From Loktanella sp. UBA3435 (GTDB lineage: Bacteria > Pseudomonadota > Alphaproteobacteria > Rhodobacterales > Rhodobacteraceae): a DNA stretch of 64,000 bases. The stretch covers positions 453 through 64,452 of the forward strand of contig DFSO01000020.1 in the NCBI GenBank assembly GCA_002378665.1, given 5' to 3'. How positions within the stretch are numbered: the stretch's first letter is position 1; the number at the start of each line of letters is the position of its first letter. A model generated the notes under the pieces. That model ran no database searches. It saw only the letters and a program-made list of their open reading frames with translations, and was not told the DNA's origin. Of this stretch, positions 43,202-53,508 are shown in pieces. The translations under genes were made by a program, and so were the position numbers.

Positions 43202-44362
43202 ATGATTTACGGCCTCACAGAAGAAAACATCATGATCGCCGAGACCGTGCGCGCGTTTGTGGAAAAAGAGATTTATCCCCACGAAGCAGAAGTCGAGCGT
43301 ACTGGCGTCGTGCCCAATGAGATCGCGCAAGATATCAAGCGCAAAACTCTCGATCTTGGGTTTTACGCCTGCAACTTCCCCGAAAGCGTCGGCTGCGCAG
43401 GCCTCAACCACCGCGAATTTGCGCTCGTCGAGCGTGAGCTTGGGCGCGGCTCTATGGCGCTTAATCACTTCTTTGGCCGCCCGCAAAACATCCTCATGGC
43501 TTGCAAAAACGACCAAATCGATCGCTACCTGATGCCCGCCGTGCGCGGCGAGAAAATGGACGCGCTCGCAATGACCGAACCAGGTGCAGGCTCCGACGTG
43601 CGCGGCATGAAATGCAGTGCCGTGCGTGACGGTGGCGATTGGGTCGTGAACGGGACAAAGCATTTTATCTCAGGCGCCGAACACGCCGACTTCATCATCG
43701 TTTTCATCGCAACGGGCGAAGACCAAACGCCGCGCGGCCCCAAAAAGCGGATCACCACATTCCTCGTTGATCGCGGCACACCGGGTTTCACAATCCGCGA
43801 CGGTTACAAATCAGTCTCGCATCGCGGCTACAAAAACATGATCCTCGAATTCGACGATTGCCGTCTGCCAGATGCGCAAGTCTTGGGCGAGGTCGACGGC
43901 GGTTTCGCGGTTATGAACGAGTGGCTCTACGCCACGCGGATCACAGTCGCCACCATGTCCGTTGGCCGCGCACGGCGCGTCTTTGATTACGCTCTCAACT
44001 ACGCAGCGGAACGCGAACAATTTGGCCAACCCATCGGCAAATTCCAAGGGGTCAGCTTCCAGCTTGCTGATATGATCACCGAAATCGACGCCGCCGACCT
44101 GCTCACGCTTGCAGCCGCCGATAGGCTCGACCAAGGACTGCCCGCCAACCGCGAAATCGCCAGCGCAAAACTCTACGCCAGCGAAATGCTTGGTCGTGTC
44201 ACAGACGCCGCAATCCAAATTCACGGCGGTATGGGCCTCATGGACGATTATCCGTTGGAACGTTTCTGGCGCGATGCACGGGTCGAACGCATCTGGGACG
44301 GCACGTCAGAAATCCAGCGGCACATCATCAGCCGCGATCTTTTGCGTCCCCTCGGCGCATGA
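43202..44362 (+). CDS. Acyl-CoA dehydrogenase
   Basis: AMTEPGAGSD, NGTKHFIS, REQFG, QIHGGMG, IWDGTSEIQR. Confidence 0.93.
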   Translation: MIYGLTEENIMIAETVRAFVEKEIYPHEAEVERTGVVPNEIAQDIKRKTLDLGFYACNFPESVGCAGLNHREFALVERELGRGSMALNHFFGRPQNILMACKNDQIDRYLMPAVRGEKMDALAMTEPGAGSDVRGMKCSAVRDGGDWVVNGTKHFISGAEHADFIIVFIATGEDQTPRGPKKRITTFLVDRGTPGFTIRDGYKSVSHRGYKNMILEFDDCRLPDAQVLGEVDGGFAVMNEWLYATRITVATMSVGRARRVFDYALNYAAEREQFGQPIGKFQGVSFQLADMITEIDAADLLTLAAADRLDQGLPANREIASAKLYASEMLGRVTDAAIQIHGGMGLMDDYPLERFWRDARVERIWDGTSEIQRHIISRDLLRPLGA

Positions 44363-46374
44363 CTCGCGATCTCTCCCGCCTGCTCCGCCCACGCTCCATC
44401 GCGGTCGTCGGCGGCGGCGCTTGGTGTCGTGCGGTCCTGAACCAACTGACCAAGGCGGGCTTTGCAGGCGACATCTGGCCCGTTCACCCTAAAGGCGGCG
44501 CAATTGGAAATGTTAGTGTCTATTCCAGCTTAACTGATCTCCCATCTCCGCCTGATGCGACATTTATCGGCATCAATCGCACGGCGACGATCGACACGGT
44601 CCAAGACCTGTCAAACATGGGTGCAGGTGGCGCCGTCTGCTTTGCATCTGGCTTCGCCGAGGTTGAAGACGGTGCGGACCTAAACGCAGCACTCCTTGCC
44701 GCTGCTGGGGAAATGCCGATCCTTGGCCCGAACTGCTATGGCATGATCAACAACTGTGACGGCGCTTTATTATGGCCCGACCAACATGGCTGCATACCTG
44801 TTGAGCGCGGCGTGGCGATCCTTACACAATCGTCAAACATCGCGATCAACCTAACAATGCAATCGCGCGCATTGCCGATCAGCTATGTCATTACCTGCGG
44901 CAACCAAGCGCAAACGACACAAGCCGAAATCGCTTTAGGACTACTCGATGACCCCCGGGTCACCGCAATTGGCCTCCATATCGAGGGGTTCGGCGACATT
45001 GCCGCGTGGCAAACCCTTGCCCGCGCAGCCAAAGCAAAAAATATACCGCTCATTGCTTTAAAAGTCGGCAAATCCACCCAAGCGCAATCCGCCACAATCT
45101 CGCATACTGCGTCTCTGGCAGGCAGTGACGCAGGTGCGGCGTCCCTTCTCAAACGCCTCGGGATCGCCCGCGTTGACGATCTCGCGACCTTCCTCGAAAC
45201 CCTCAAAATCCTGCACACAGTTGGCCCGCTCCCCAGCGGCAATATTGCCTCGATTAGCTGCTCAGGCGGTGAGGCCTCGCTGACCGCCGACCTTGCCCAC
45301 GATCTTGATCTCACCTTCCCTCCGCTCAACCAAACACAGCATAATGCCTTGTTTGCAGCCCTCGGGCCCAAGGTCGCGCTTGCAAATCCGCTCGACTACC
45401 ACACCTATGTCTGGCGCGATGCGGAGGCGATGACGTCCGCATTTTCCGCCATGATAGACCCTAATTTGGCGCTGACGTTGCTGATCGTGGACTTCCCCCG
45501 CGCGGACCGCTGCGACGCGACTGATTGGGATTGCACGATCCAAGCCGCCCTACGTACGCGCGCCAATACAGGCGGCAATATCGCCATGGTCGCGACCTTG
45601 CCAGAACTCCTGCCAGAGAATGTCGCCCAAACGCTCCTCGCCGGCGGCGTGATCCCATTAAACGGACACCGCGAGGCACTCCTTGCGGCGGAGGCGGCTC
45701 GCACCCAACTTGCAACCGACATCAATCTCGACATTTGCATATCAAACAATACGGAACCCGCGACGCAACTGACCGAAGCCGAGGCCAAAGCTGCTCTTCA
45801 AGCCTTCGGCCTCCAAATTCCCCAACAAATCGTTACCGAAAACCTTCTCGAAGCCCCCCTGCACACCCTCCGCTACCCTGTCGCCCTCAAGGGGATCGGC
45901 ATCGCACATAAAACCGAGGCAGGCGCGGTGATCCTGCATCTAAACTCCGCGGACGAGGTGGCAGTCGTCGCCAAAACCATGCCTGTCACGCAGTTTCTGA
46001 TAGAAGAAATGGTTACAGGCACCGTCGCCGAATTGCTCCTTGGCATCGTCAAAGATCCAGCACATGGGTTTATCCTGACAATCGGCGCGGGCGGTATCTT
46101 GACCGAAATCCTGCAGGACACTGTGTCGCTACTTGTTCCGAGCAGCACGGAGGCCATAAAACGATCTCTAACACAGCTAAAAGTCTCCAAGCTACTTGAC
46201 GGCTATCGCGGCAAACCCGCAGCAAATGTCGACGCCATAGTTCATGCGATCAGGTCGATCCAAGACTACGTGCTTGCCAATCACGACACGATTGAGGAAG
46301 TTGAAATCAACCCTTTGATCTGCACGCAGTCCTCCGCGATTGCCGTAGATGCCCTCATCAGGATCGCAAAATGA
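44359..46374 (+). CDS. Acyl-CoA synthetase (ADP-forming; acetate-CoA ligase family)
   Basis: RPRSIAVVGG, FASGFAE, LGPNCYG, SHTASLAG, HKTEAGAV, VEINPL. Confidence 0.9.
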   Translation: MTRDLSRLLRPRSIAVVGGGAWCRAVLNQLTKAGFAGDIWPVHPKGGAIGNVSVYSSLTDLPSPPDATFIGINRTATIDTVQDLSNMGAGGAVCFASGFAEVEDGADLNAALLAAAGEMPILGPNCYGMINNCDGALLWPDQHGCIPVERGVAILTQSSNIAINLTMQSRALPISYVITCGNQAQTTQAEIALGLLDDPRVTAIGLHIEGFGDIAAWQTLARAAKAKNIPLIALKVGKSTQAQSATISHTASLAGSDAGAASLLKRLGIARVDDLATFLETLKILHTVGPLPSGNIASISCSGGEASLTADLAHDLDLTFPPLNQTQHNALFAALGPKVALANPLDYHTYVWRDAEAMTSAFSAMIDPNLALTLLIVDFPRADRCDATDWDCTIQAALRTRANTGGNIAMVATLPELLPENVAQTLLAGGVIPLNGHREALLAAEAARTQLATDINLDICISNNTEPATQLTEAEAKAALQAFGLQIPQQIVTENLLEAPLHTLRYPVALKGIGIAHKTEAGAVILHLNSADEVAVVAKTMPVTQFLIEEMVTGTVAELLLGIVKDPAHGFILTIGAGGILTEILQDTVSLLVPSSTEAIKRSLTQLKVSKLLDGYRGKPAANVDAIVHAIRSIQDYVLANHDTIEEVEINPLICTQSSAIAVDALIRIAK

Positions 46375-47153
46375 CTAGTCCGATTATGACCAAACGCGAA
46401 GGTGCCATCCTTCACGTCACGCTTAACCGCCCCAAGGCAAATGCCATCGACTTGGCGACCTCTAAAATCATGGGCGAAACCTTCGCCGCATTCCGCGACG
46501 ATCCCGAATTGCGCGTTGCGATTATCACAGGCGAGGGCGATAAATTCTTCTGCCCTGGTTGGGATCTCAAGGCCGCAAATGATGGTGATGCCGTTGATGG
46601 TGATTACGGCGTCGGCGGTTTTGGCGGTCTGCAAGAGCTCCGCGACCTCAACAAACCCGTGATTGCCGCTGTAAACGGGATCGCCTGCGGCGGCGGTTTA
46701 GAGCTCGCGCTTTCTGCCGATATTATCCTCGCCGCTGATCACGCAACATTCGCACTCCCCGAAATCCGATCTGGCACTGTCGCAGATGCCGCCAGCATCA
46801 AACTGCCAAAGCGTATTCCCTACCATATCGCGATGGAATTGCTGCTCACCGGTCGTTGGTTCGACACGACCGAGGCGCTCGGCTGGGGTCTCATTAACCA
46901 CGTCTACCCTGCGACCAAACTACAAGACGCCGCGTGGAAGATGGCACGCCTTATCGCCTCTGGGCCTCCGCTCGTTTATGCCGCGATCAAGGAAATCGTG
47001 CGCGACGCCGAGGACAGCAAATTCCAAGACGCCATGAACCGCGTCACAGGTCGTCAACTCGCTAGCGTCGACATTCTCTATTCCTCGGAAGATCAGGCAG
47101 AAGGAGCACGTGCCTTCGCCGAAAAGCGTAATCCTGTCTGGAAGGGCCGCTAG
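46371..47153 (+). CDS. caiD: Crotonobetainyl/carnitinyl-CoA dehydratase (CaiD-like)
   Basis: LNRPKANAID, KFFCPGWDLKAA, DYGVGGFGG, FALPE, FAEKRNPVWKGR. Confidence 0.85.
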   Translation: MTSPIMTKREGAILHVTLNRPKANAIDLATSKIMGETFAAFRDDPELRVAIITGEGDKFFCPGWDLKAANDGDAVDGDYGVGGFGGLQELRDLNKPVIAAVNGIACGGGLELALSADIILAADHATFALPEIRSGTVADAASIKLPKRIPYHIAMELLLTGRWFDTTEALGWGLINHVYPATKLQDAAWKMARLIASGPPLVYAAIKEIVRDAEDSKFQDAMNRVTGRQLASVDILYSSEDQAEGARAFAEKRNPVWKGR

Positions 47154-47159
47154 AACGCC

Positions 47160-48020
47160 ATGACAAAAACACTTCTCTCCTTTGGGCACGGCTATTCTGC
47201 CCGCGCCTTGTCTCGTATTCTCCTCCCACAGGATTGGCGGATCATCGGCACGACACGTGACGAGGACAAGGCGGTGCGCTTAATGAACGAGGGGGTCGAG
47301 CCGCGCATTTGGCCTGGCGCGGACATGATACCAGCGCTAAACGCCGCGACACATATCCTCATCTCGGCTGGGCCAGACGACGCGGGAGACCCCATTTTGG
47401 CACAATTAGAGACTGAAATCGCCGCACGGGCGGACCAATTCGAATGGGTCGGTTACCTGTCAACAACAGGCGTTTACGGCGACCACAATGGCGACTGGGT
47501 CGACGAAGAAACACCGCTCACCCCTGCCACCAAACGCGGCATCGCGCGGGTTGAGGCAGAAGCTGCATGGCAAGCCATCCCTGATTTGCCACTCCATATC
47601 TTTCGCCTTGCAGGCATCTACGGCCCAGGTCGCGGCCCTTTCGCCAAGGTGCGCAACGGCACCGCGCGACGGATCATAAAACAAGGGCAAGTGTTCAGCC
47701 GAACGCACGTCGCCGACATCGCCCGCATCCTCGCCGCATCAATCAAAAAGCCCAATATAGGGTCGATTTATAACGTCTGCGACAACGATCCAGCACCGCC
47801 CGAAGACGTCATTGCCTATGCCGCAGAATTGCTCGGCATGCCGATCCCTGAGGCGATTGATTACGAGACCGCAGACATGACCCCGATGGCGCGCAGTTTC
47901 TACGCTGAGAGCAAAAAAGTGCGAAACGACAAAATCAAGACCGAACTCGGCGTGGAGCTTCTTTATCCCGATTACAAAACAGGGCTGAAAGCTCTACTTG
48001 CGCGAGAAGTCGAGGGCTAA
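47160..48020 (+). CDS. Extended SDR / NAD-dependent epimerase family protein
   Basis: FGHGYSA, YLSTTGVYGD, FRLAGIYGPGR. Confidence 0.88.
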   Translation: MTKTLLSFGHGYSARALSRILLPQDWRIIGTTRDEDKAVRLMNEGVEPRIWPGADMIPALNAATHILISAGPDDAGDPILAQLETEIAARADQFEWVGYLSTTGVYGDHNGDWVDEETPLTPATKRGIARVEAEAAWQAIPDLPLHIFRLAGIYGPGRGPFAKVRNGTARRIIKQGQVFSRTHVADIARILAASIKKPNIGSIYNVCDNDPAPPEDVIAYAAELLGMPIPEAIDYETADMTPMARSFYAESKKVRNDKIKTELGVELLYPDYKTGLKALLAREVEG

Positions 48021-48092
48021 AGACCGCATCCCGCCTTGCCGTTGGTCCCTTGGGCAACCATATGATGACCGTAGCAATTTGGGGCCTTCGAT

Positions 48093-48866
48093 ATGTCATT
48101 TCGTCAAAAAACCGCAGCCTTTCTCGATAGACCAGTGGTTCGGCGGAGTTTGCTCGCGATCATTATCGCGAACGCGGTCCTCTTGGGGCTTGAGACCTCC
48201 GAACACATCATGGCGCAAGGGGGCGGGTTGATAGTCGCACTGGATACACTCTGCCTTGCGATCTTCACACTTGAGATCGGCGCGAAAATCTATGCTCAAC
48301 GATCCCAGTTCGTTCGTAACGGATGGAACATCTTCGACTTCATTATCGTCGGCGTCGCTTTTGTGCCGGGGGCACAAGGGTTCTCTGTGCTGCGAGCCTT
48401 GCGCATCTTGCGAGTCTTAAGGGTGATCTCGGTCGCGCCATCCCTTCGCCGCGTTGTCGAAGGCTTCATCACGGCCCTTCCTGGCATGGGGTCCGTATTC
48501 CTACTTATGGGTTTGCTGTTTTACATCGGCGCTGTGATGACGACCAAACTCTTTGGCGCGTCATTCCCTGAGTGGTTCGGCACACTTGGACGCTCTGGCT
48601 ATACGCTTTTCCAGATCATGACGCTTGAGAGTTGGTCGATGGGCATCGTGCGCCCTGTCATGGACGTTTACCCCTATGCTTGGGTTTTCTTCTTGCCGTT
48701 CATCTTGGTCACCACATTTGCGGTCGTGAATCTTCTCGTCGGCCTGATCGTGAACTCCATGCAAGACGCGCATCACCAAGAAGACGTCGCAGCAACTGAC
48801 GCCCACCGCGACGAAGTTATGGCCAAGTTGGTTGCAATCGAAGAACGGCTAAACGCGTTAAAGTAG
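48093..48866 (+). CDS. Bacterial voltage-gated sodium channel (BacNav/NaChBac family)
   Basis: WNIFDF, S4 segment LRALRILRVLRVI, selectivity filter FQIMTLESWSMG. Confidence 0.92.
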   Translation: MSFRQKTAAFLDRPVVRRSLLAIIIANAVLLGLETSEHIMAQGGGLIVALDTLCLAIFTLEIGAKIYAQRSQFVRNGWNIFDFIIVGVAFVPGAQGFSVLRALRILRVLRVISVAPSLRRVVEGFITALPGMGSVFLLMGLLFYIGAVMTTKLFGASFPEWFGTLGRSGYTLFQIMTLESWSMGIVRPVMDVYPYAWVFFLPFILVTTFAVVNLLVGLIVNSMQDAHHQEDVAATDAHRDEVMAKLVAIEERLNALK

Positions 48867-48869
48867 ATC

Positions 48870-50780
48870 CTAAGCCCGCTTCCCCAAAACCGCGACGCCC
48901 AAGACTTCGAGCACTTTCTTCTCGATGTCTTCGGCGTTCAGTCCCGCCATGTCATACATATCGCGCGGGCTGGATTGGTCGATAAACGTATCGGGCAACA
49001 CCATCGAGCGGAATTTCAGGCCGTGATCAAACACGCCTTCATCTGCCAGCAATTGCGCCACATGAGACCCAAAACCGCCAACAGCGCCTTCTTCAATACA
49101 AATCAACGCCTCGTGGTCAGCCGCCAGTTTTAGGATCATCTCGCGATCAAGCGGTTTCGCAAAACGCGCATCGGCAATCGTTGGCGTGATCCCCTTCGCA
49201 GAGAGCGCCTCGGCCGCAGCCTCAACCTCTTGCAAACGCGTCCCAAAAGACAGGATCGCAACGCGTTTACCCTCACGGATCATGCGCCCGTTGCCGATTT
49301 CCAGCAATTCAGGTTCGGCGGGCATCTCAACACCCACACCTTCGCCACGCGGGAAGCGAAACGCAATCGGGCCGTCATCATAGGCCGCAGCGGTGGCAAC
49401 CATCCGCACTAATTCGGCCTCGTCAGCGGCGGCCATCACCACCATCCCAGGCAGGTTCGCCATGAACGCGATATCAAACGCGCCCGCATGGGTCGCACCA
49501 TCAGCACCCACAAGGCCTGCACGATCAATCGCAAAGCGGACGGGCAAACGCTGGATCGCGACATCGTGGACAACTTGATCGTAACCCCGTTGCAAGAACG
49601 TCGAATAAAGCGCGCAAAATGGCTTCATCCCGCCAGCAGCGAGACCTGCCGAAAACGTCACCGCATGCTGCTCTGCAATGCCCACATCAAAGCAACGGCT
49701 CGCATAGCGCTCCATAAATTTATTCAGCCCCGTACCATCAGGCATCGCGGCAGTCACAGCGCATATTTTAGGGTCTAATGCTGCGTATTTCAGCAAAGTA
49801 TCGGCAAAAACACTTGTATAAGACGGCGCGTTAGACGGCGCAGATTTCTGCTCGCCCGTTACCACATTAAACTTGCCCGTCGCATGACCACGATCACGCG
49901 CCTTTTCGGCAGGGCCATAACCTTTACCTTTTTTCGTGATCGCATGGATCATAATCGGGCCGGTTGCGCGGTCTTTGACAGTGCGCAGAACCTGCAACAA
50001 CTGCTCCATATCGTGACCGTCAATTGGCCCCAGATAGGAAAAACCCAGCTCTTCAAACAGCGTGCCACCAACAGTCATATGCTTGACCATGTCCTTGGCA
50101 CGACGCGCGCCCTCACGGAACGGCTCTGGCAAAAGGGAAACGGCACCCTTGGCCGCTGCCTTCAATTCCTGAAACGGCTCACCTGCGTAAAGACGGCTCA
50201 AATAAGATGACATCGCCCCAACTGGCGGCGCAATCGACATCTCGTTATCGTTCAAAATCACAATCAACCGCTTGCCCAAATGGCCCGCATTATTCATCGC
50301 CTCGTAAGCCATGCCAGCCGACATCGACCCGTCACCGATCACAGCAATCGCATCGCCGCTGTCGCCACCCAGATCACGGGCAACGGCAAAGCCCAAAGCC
50401 GCCGAAATCGACGTACTCGAATGCGCCGCACCAAACGGATCATAGGGGCTCTCGGACCGTTTCGTGAATCCAGACAACCCATCTTTCATCCGCAGCGTGC
50501 GGATACGATCCCTGCGTCCCGTCAAAATCTTATGCGGATAACACTGGTGCGACACGTCCCAAATGATTTTGTCCTTTGGTGTATCAAACACGGCATGCAG
50601 TGCGACAGTCAGCTCAACGACCCCAAGCCCAGCGCCCAAATGGCCGCCCGTGACAGACACCGCCGAAATCGTCTCGGCCCGAACCTCATCCGCCAGCTTG
50701 CGCAAATCGCGGTCACTCAGCGTTTTCATATCCGCAGGGGATTGAATGCGGTCCAAAATCGGGGTCACTGGATTGGTCAT
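48870..50780 (-). CDS. dxs: 1-deoxy-D-xylulose-5-phosphate synthase
   Basis: [40 protein letters not shown]. Confidence 0.97.
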   Translation of the reverse strand: MTNPVTPILDRIQSPADMKTLSDRDLRKLADEVRAETISAVSVTGGHLGAGLGVVELTVALHAVFDTPKDKIIWDVSHQCYPHKILTGRRDRIRTLRMKDGLSGFTKRSESPYDPFGAAHSSTSISAALGFAVARDLGGDSGDAIAVIGDGSMSAGMAYEAMNNAGHLGKRLIVILNDNEMSIAPPVGAMSSYLSRLYAGEPFQELKAAAKGAVSLLPEPFREGARRAKDMVKHMTVGGTLFEELGFSYLGPIDGHDMEQLLQVLRTVKDRATGPIMIHAITKKGKGYGPAEKARDRGHATGKFNVVTGEQKSAPSNAPSYTSVFADTLLKYAALDPKICAVTAAMPDGTGLNKFMERYASRCFDVGIAEQHAVTFSAGLAAGGMKPFCALYSTFLQRGYDQVVHDVAIQRLPVRFAIDRAGLVGADGATHAGAFDIAFMANLPGMVVMAAADEAELVRMVATAAAYDDGPIAFRFPRGEGVGVEMPAEPELLEIGNGRMIREGKRVAILSFGTRLQEVEAAAEALSAKGITPTIADARFAKPLDREMILKLAADHEALICIEEGAVGGFGSHVAQLLADEGVFDHGLKFRSMVLPDTFIDQSSPRDMYDMAGLNAEDIEKKVLEVLGVAVLGKRA

Positions 50781-50789
50781 ATCGGCCTC

Positions 50790-51704
50790 TTACTTTCGAC
50801 GGGCGATAACAAAGCGCGCCGCCTCTTTCAATGTCTCGGCCTCATCACCATAACACGATAAGCGGTCACATGCCTCTGCGACCAATTCAGCCGCGCGATC
50901 CTTGGCACCCTGAAGACCCAAAAGCGTGACAAACGTGGCCTTTCCAGCATCGGCATCCTTACCAACAGCCTTGCCCACCTCAGCCGCATCGCCCTCAACA
51001 TCAAGCACGTCATCGGCAATCTGAAACGCAAGCCCAAGACACTCGCCGTAGACATCCAGCGGGTCGTTATGCAGGCCGGCCATACGCGGCCCAACCATCG
51101 CGGACCAACGGATTAATGCGCCAGTTTTGCCAGCTTGCAGCTTTGTGATTTCATCAAGAGTTAACGGCGCATCCGCAGTCTCGGCGGCAATGTCCATCGC
51201 CTGCCCACCGACCATGCCATGCGCACCCGCAGCGATCGCGAGCGTCGCCGACAAATTCAACCGTGCCTCGACGGGGCAACCCACTTGCGCGATCAGCTGA
51301 AACGCCAAAGCTTGCAATGCATCACCAGCAAGCACGGCGGTCGCCTCGTCCCACTTTCTATGAACAGTTGGCTGACCACGACGCAGATCGTCATCGTCCA
51401 TACAGGGCAGATCGTCATGCACCAGCGAATAGGCATGCAATGCCTCAATCGCACCAGCGGCGGCACCCGAACGAACGCTATCAAACCCATGTAACCGCGC
51501 AGACTCCATCGCCAAAAAGGCACGAAGCCCCTTACCGCCCGCTGTCGCATATTTCATCGCATCGGGGATCGACCCTCTCAGGGTCGAGAGGTGAAATTCG
51601 ATGTTCCACTGCGCAGACTCCGCCGCATTCGCCAAAGCCTCTACAAATGGCTTTCGAGTCAAATCAACTATCCGCTCGACGTTAAAGTGGGGCAGATCAG
51701 GCAT
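50790..51704 (-). CDS. ispA: Farnesyl diphosphate synthase
   Basis: GGKGLR, SLVHDDLPCMDDDDLRRG, FQIADD; sits between xseB and dxs; start uncertain. Confidence 0.9.
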   Translation of the reverse strand: MPDLPHFNVERIVDLTRKPFVEALANAAESAQWNIEFHLSTLRGSIPDAMKYATAGGKGLRAFLAMESARLHGFDSVRSGAAAGAIEALHAYSLVHDDLPCMDDDDLRRGQPTVHRKWDEATAVLAGDALQALAFQLIAQVGCPVEARLNLSATLAIAAGAHGMVGGQAMDIAAETADAPLTLDEITKLQAGKTGALIRWSAMVGPRMAGLHNDPLDVYGECLGLAFQIADDVLDVEGDAAEVGKAVGKDADAGKATFVTLLGLQGAKDRAAELVAEACDRLSCYGDEAETLKEAARFVIARRK

Positions 51705-51933
51705 CCAGAGGCGCAGTCCCAGTAGCATTGCCGTCACCATCCAGGGTCAGCTTGGCAACCTTCTCTTCGGCTTCCTTCAACTTGTCCTGACACCGCTTGC
51801 GCAAGGCAGCTCCACGCTCATACAGCGCGATACTTTCATCAAGCGCGACATCGCCGCGCTCCAACTGGCCCACGACTTTTTCCAACTCGGCAATCGCCTG
51901 TTCAAAGCTTAGGGCGTCAACTGCTTCTGACAT
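51697..51933 (-). CDS. xseB: Exodeoxyribonuclease VII small subunit
   Basis: SFEQAIAELEKVVGQLERGDVALDESIALYERG. Confidence 0.94.
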   Translation of the reverse strand: MSEAVDALSFEQAIAELEKVVGQLERGDVALDESIALYERGAALRKRCQDKLKEAEEKVAKLTLDGDGNATGTAPLDA

Positions 51934-52853
51934 GTCGATCTCTCCTTCAAAACGTTCACATGTGCGGCGGCGCTCGCCCCCAATGCGGCCAAATCATAGC
52001 CGCCTTCTAGGCTAGATACCATGCGACCTTTGCAATGACGATCCGCAAGATCGCACAACTTTTCAGTGATCCACGTAAAGTCATCTTCAACCAAATTCAT
52101 CCCCGCCAGTGGATCATCGCGATGTGCATCAAATCCTGCCGAGATGATCAGAAGTTCAGGAGAAAACGCATCAACACGCGGCAGCACAACACGCTCCATG
52201 ACCTCCCGAAACGCCTTTGAGCCAGCGCCATCTGGCAGCGGACAGTTCAGAACATTGCCAACACCAGTCTCATGCGCGGCACCTGTTCCGGGATACAGCG
52301 GGCTTTGATGTGTCGAGCAAAACAAAATGCGCGGATCGTCCTCGACCAGATCCTGCGTGCCATTGCCGTGGTGCACGTCGAAATCCACAATCGCCACGCG
52401 CTTTAACCCGTGGTGGTCCAGCGCATGTTTCGCCGCAATCGCGACATTGCCAAAGAAACAAAATCCCATCGCGGTCTCGCGCTCTGCATGGTGACCAGGT
52501 GGGCGCATCGCGACAAAAGCGTTTTGCACTTCACCCTCCATCACCAGATCAACCGCCCTTACAACACCACCTACACAGCGAAACGCAGCCTCTAACGTGC
52601 CAACAGACATATGCGTATCAGCATCGAGGGACCGCCAGCCGCTCTCGGGGGCAGCGTTGCGAATAGTTTGGATATGCGCCGTTGGGTGGGCACGCAGAAT
52701 ATCATCTTCAGCGCCCATCGGCGCCTTCACACGGCGCAAGTCCATGTCCTTAAGCGCCCCCAAAACCGCATCCAAGCGCGCGACCTGTTCAGGATGGCCC
52801 GGAGGCGTCACATGATCAAAACAGGCGTCGTGTGTAATAAGAGCGGTGGCCAT
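51909..52853 (-). CDS. Histone deacetylase family protein
   Basis: GHPE, RPPGHHA, GFCFF, DFDVHHGNGTQ, SAGFDAH, LEGGY. Confidence 0.93.
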   Translation of the reverse strand: MATALITHDACFDHVTPPGHPEQVARLDAVLGALKDMDLRRVKAPMGAEDDILRAHPTAHIQTIRNAAPESGWRSLDADTHMSVGTLEAAFRCVGGVVRAVDLVMEGEVQNAFVAMRPPGHHAERETAMGFCFFGNVAIAAKHALDHHGLKRVAIVDFDVHHGNGTQDLVEDDPRILFCSTHQSPLYPGTGAAHETGVGNVLNCPLPDGAGSKAFREVMERVVLPRVDAFSPELLIISAGFDAHRDDPLAGMNLVEDDFTWITEKLCDLADRHCKGRMVSSLEGGYDLAALGASAAAHVNVLKERSTCQKQLTP

Positions 52854-52926
52854 TTGTTATTTCCTCGATGACTGACACAAAGTATCTATCATCGATCTGA
52901 AAACCGCCACCACCCCGTCGTAGATT

Positions 52927-53454
52927 TTAGCTGTTTTCGTCCTGACATTCGAGAGCGGCCTCAAGGCCAACCATCGTGCCACCAAGATCAATCGTCATCA
53001 CAACACCATTGGCGTTTGAGAGTTCCATCGTCTGACGGGCAGCAATATCCCACAGGAAATCTTCGCTGTCGAAATAGATGTCAGCACCCGGAACACCTTC
53101 AAGATACATTCCTGTCGCAGTGCCATCATAAATTTCACCATCCAAGGCGAAAGTCACATCATAAGAGGCACCCTCTTCGATATCGCCCCACGCTTCGTTA
53201 AACGCAGTGAGATATCCCTCAGTGACATTCAGATCAAAACCGATACGGACGATTGAGCCGTCTTGATAAGCCGCTTGAATCAAGCACCCGTCGCCAAGGG
53301 AAGGATCAACCAAAACATCCCAACCACCAGCTTCGCCCCAATACTCTAGGGATTGGGCAGCTGAAGGCCCAGCACTTGTCAACGCAACCGCAACTACGGC
53401 AAATATCGCCTTGGAATTTTTCGTGATTTTCTCTCCAGTGTTATATTCCAACAT
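52927..53454 (-). CDS. Hypothetical secreted acidic protein (start uncertain)
   Basis: Signal-peptide-like AIFAVVAVALTSAGPSAA; WGEAGGWDV; two Cys; D/E-rich. Confidence 0.7.
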   Translation of the reverse strand: MLEYNTGEKITKNSKAIFAVVAVALTSAGPSAAQSLEYWGEAGGWDVLVDPSLGDGCLIQAAYQDGSIVRIGFDLNVTEGYLTAFNEAWGDIEEGASYDVTFALDGEIYDGTATGMYLEGVPGADIYFDSEDFLWDIAARQTMELSNANGVVMTIDLGGTMVGLEAALECQDENS

Positions 53455-53508
53455 TGGAGTATGTTCCGCGACAGATCAAAGCCAATCGACCCGCGCGTAA
53501 CCTTTTAG

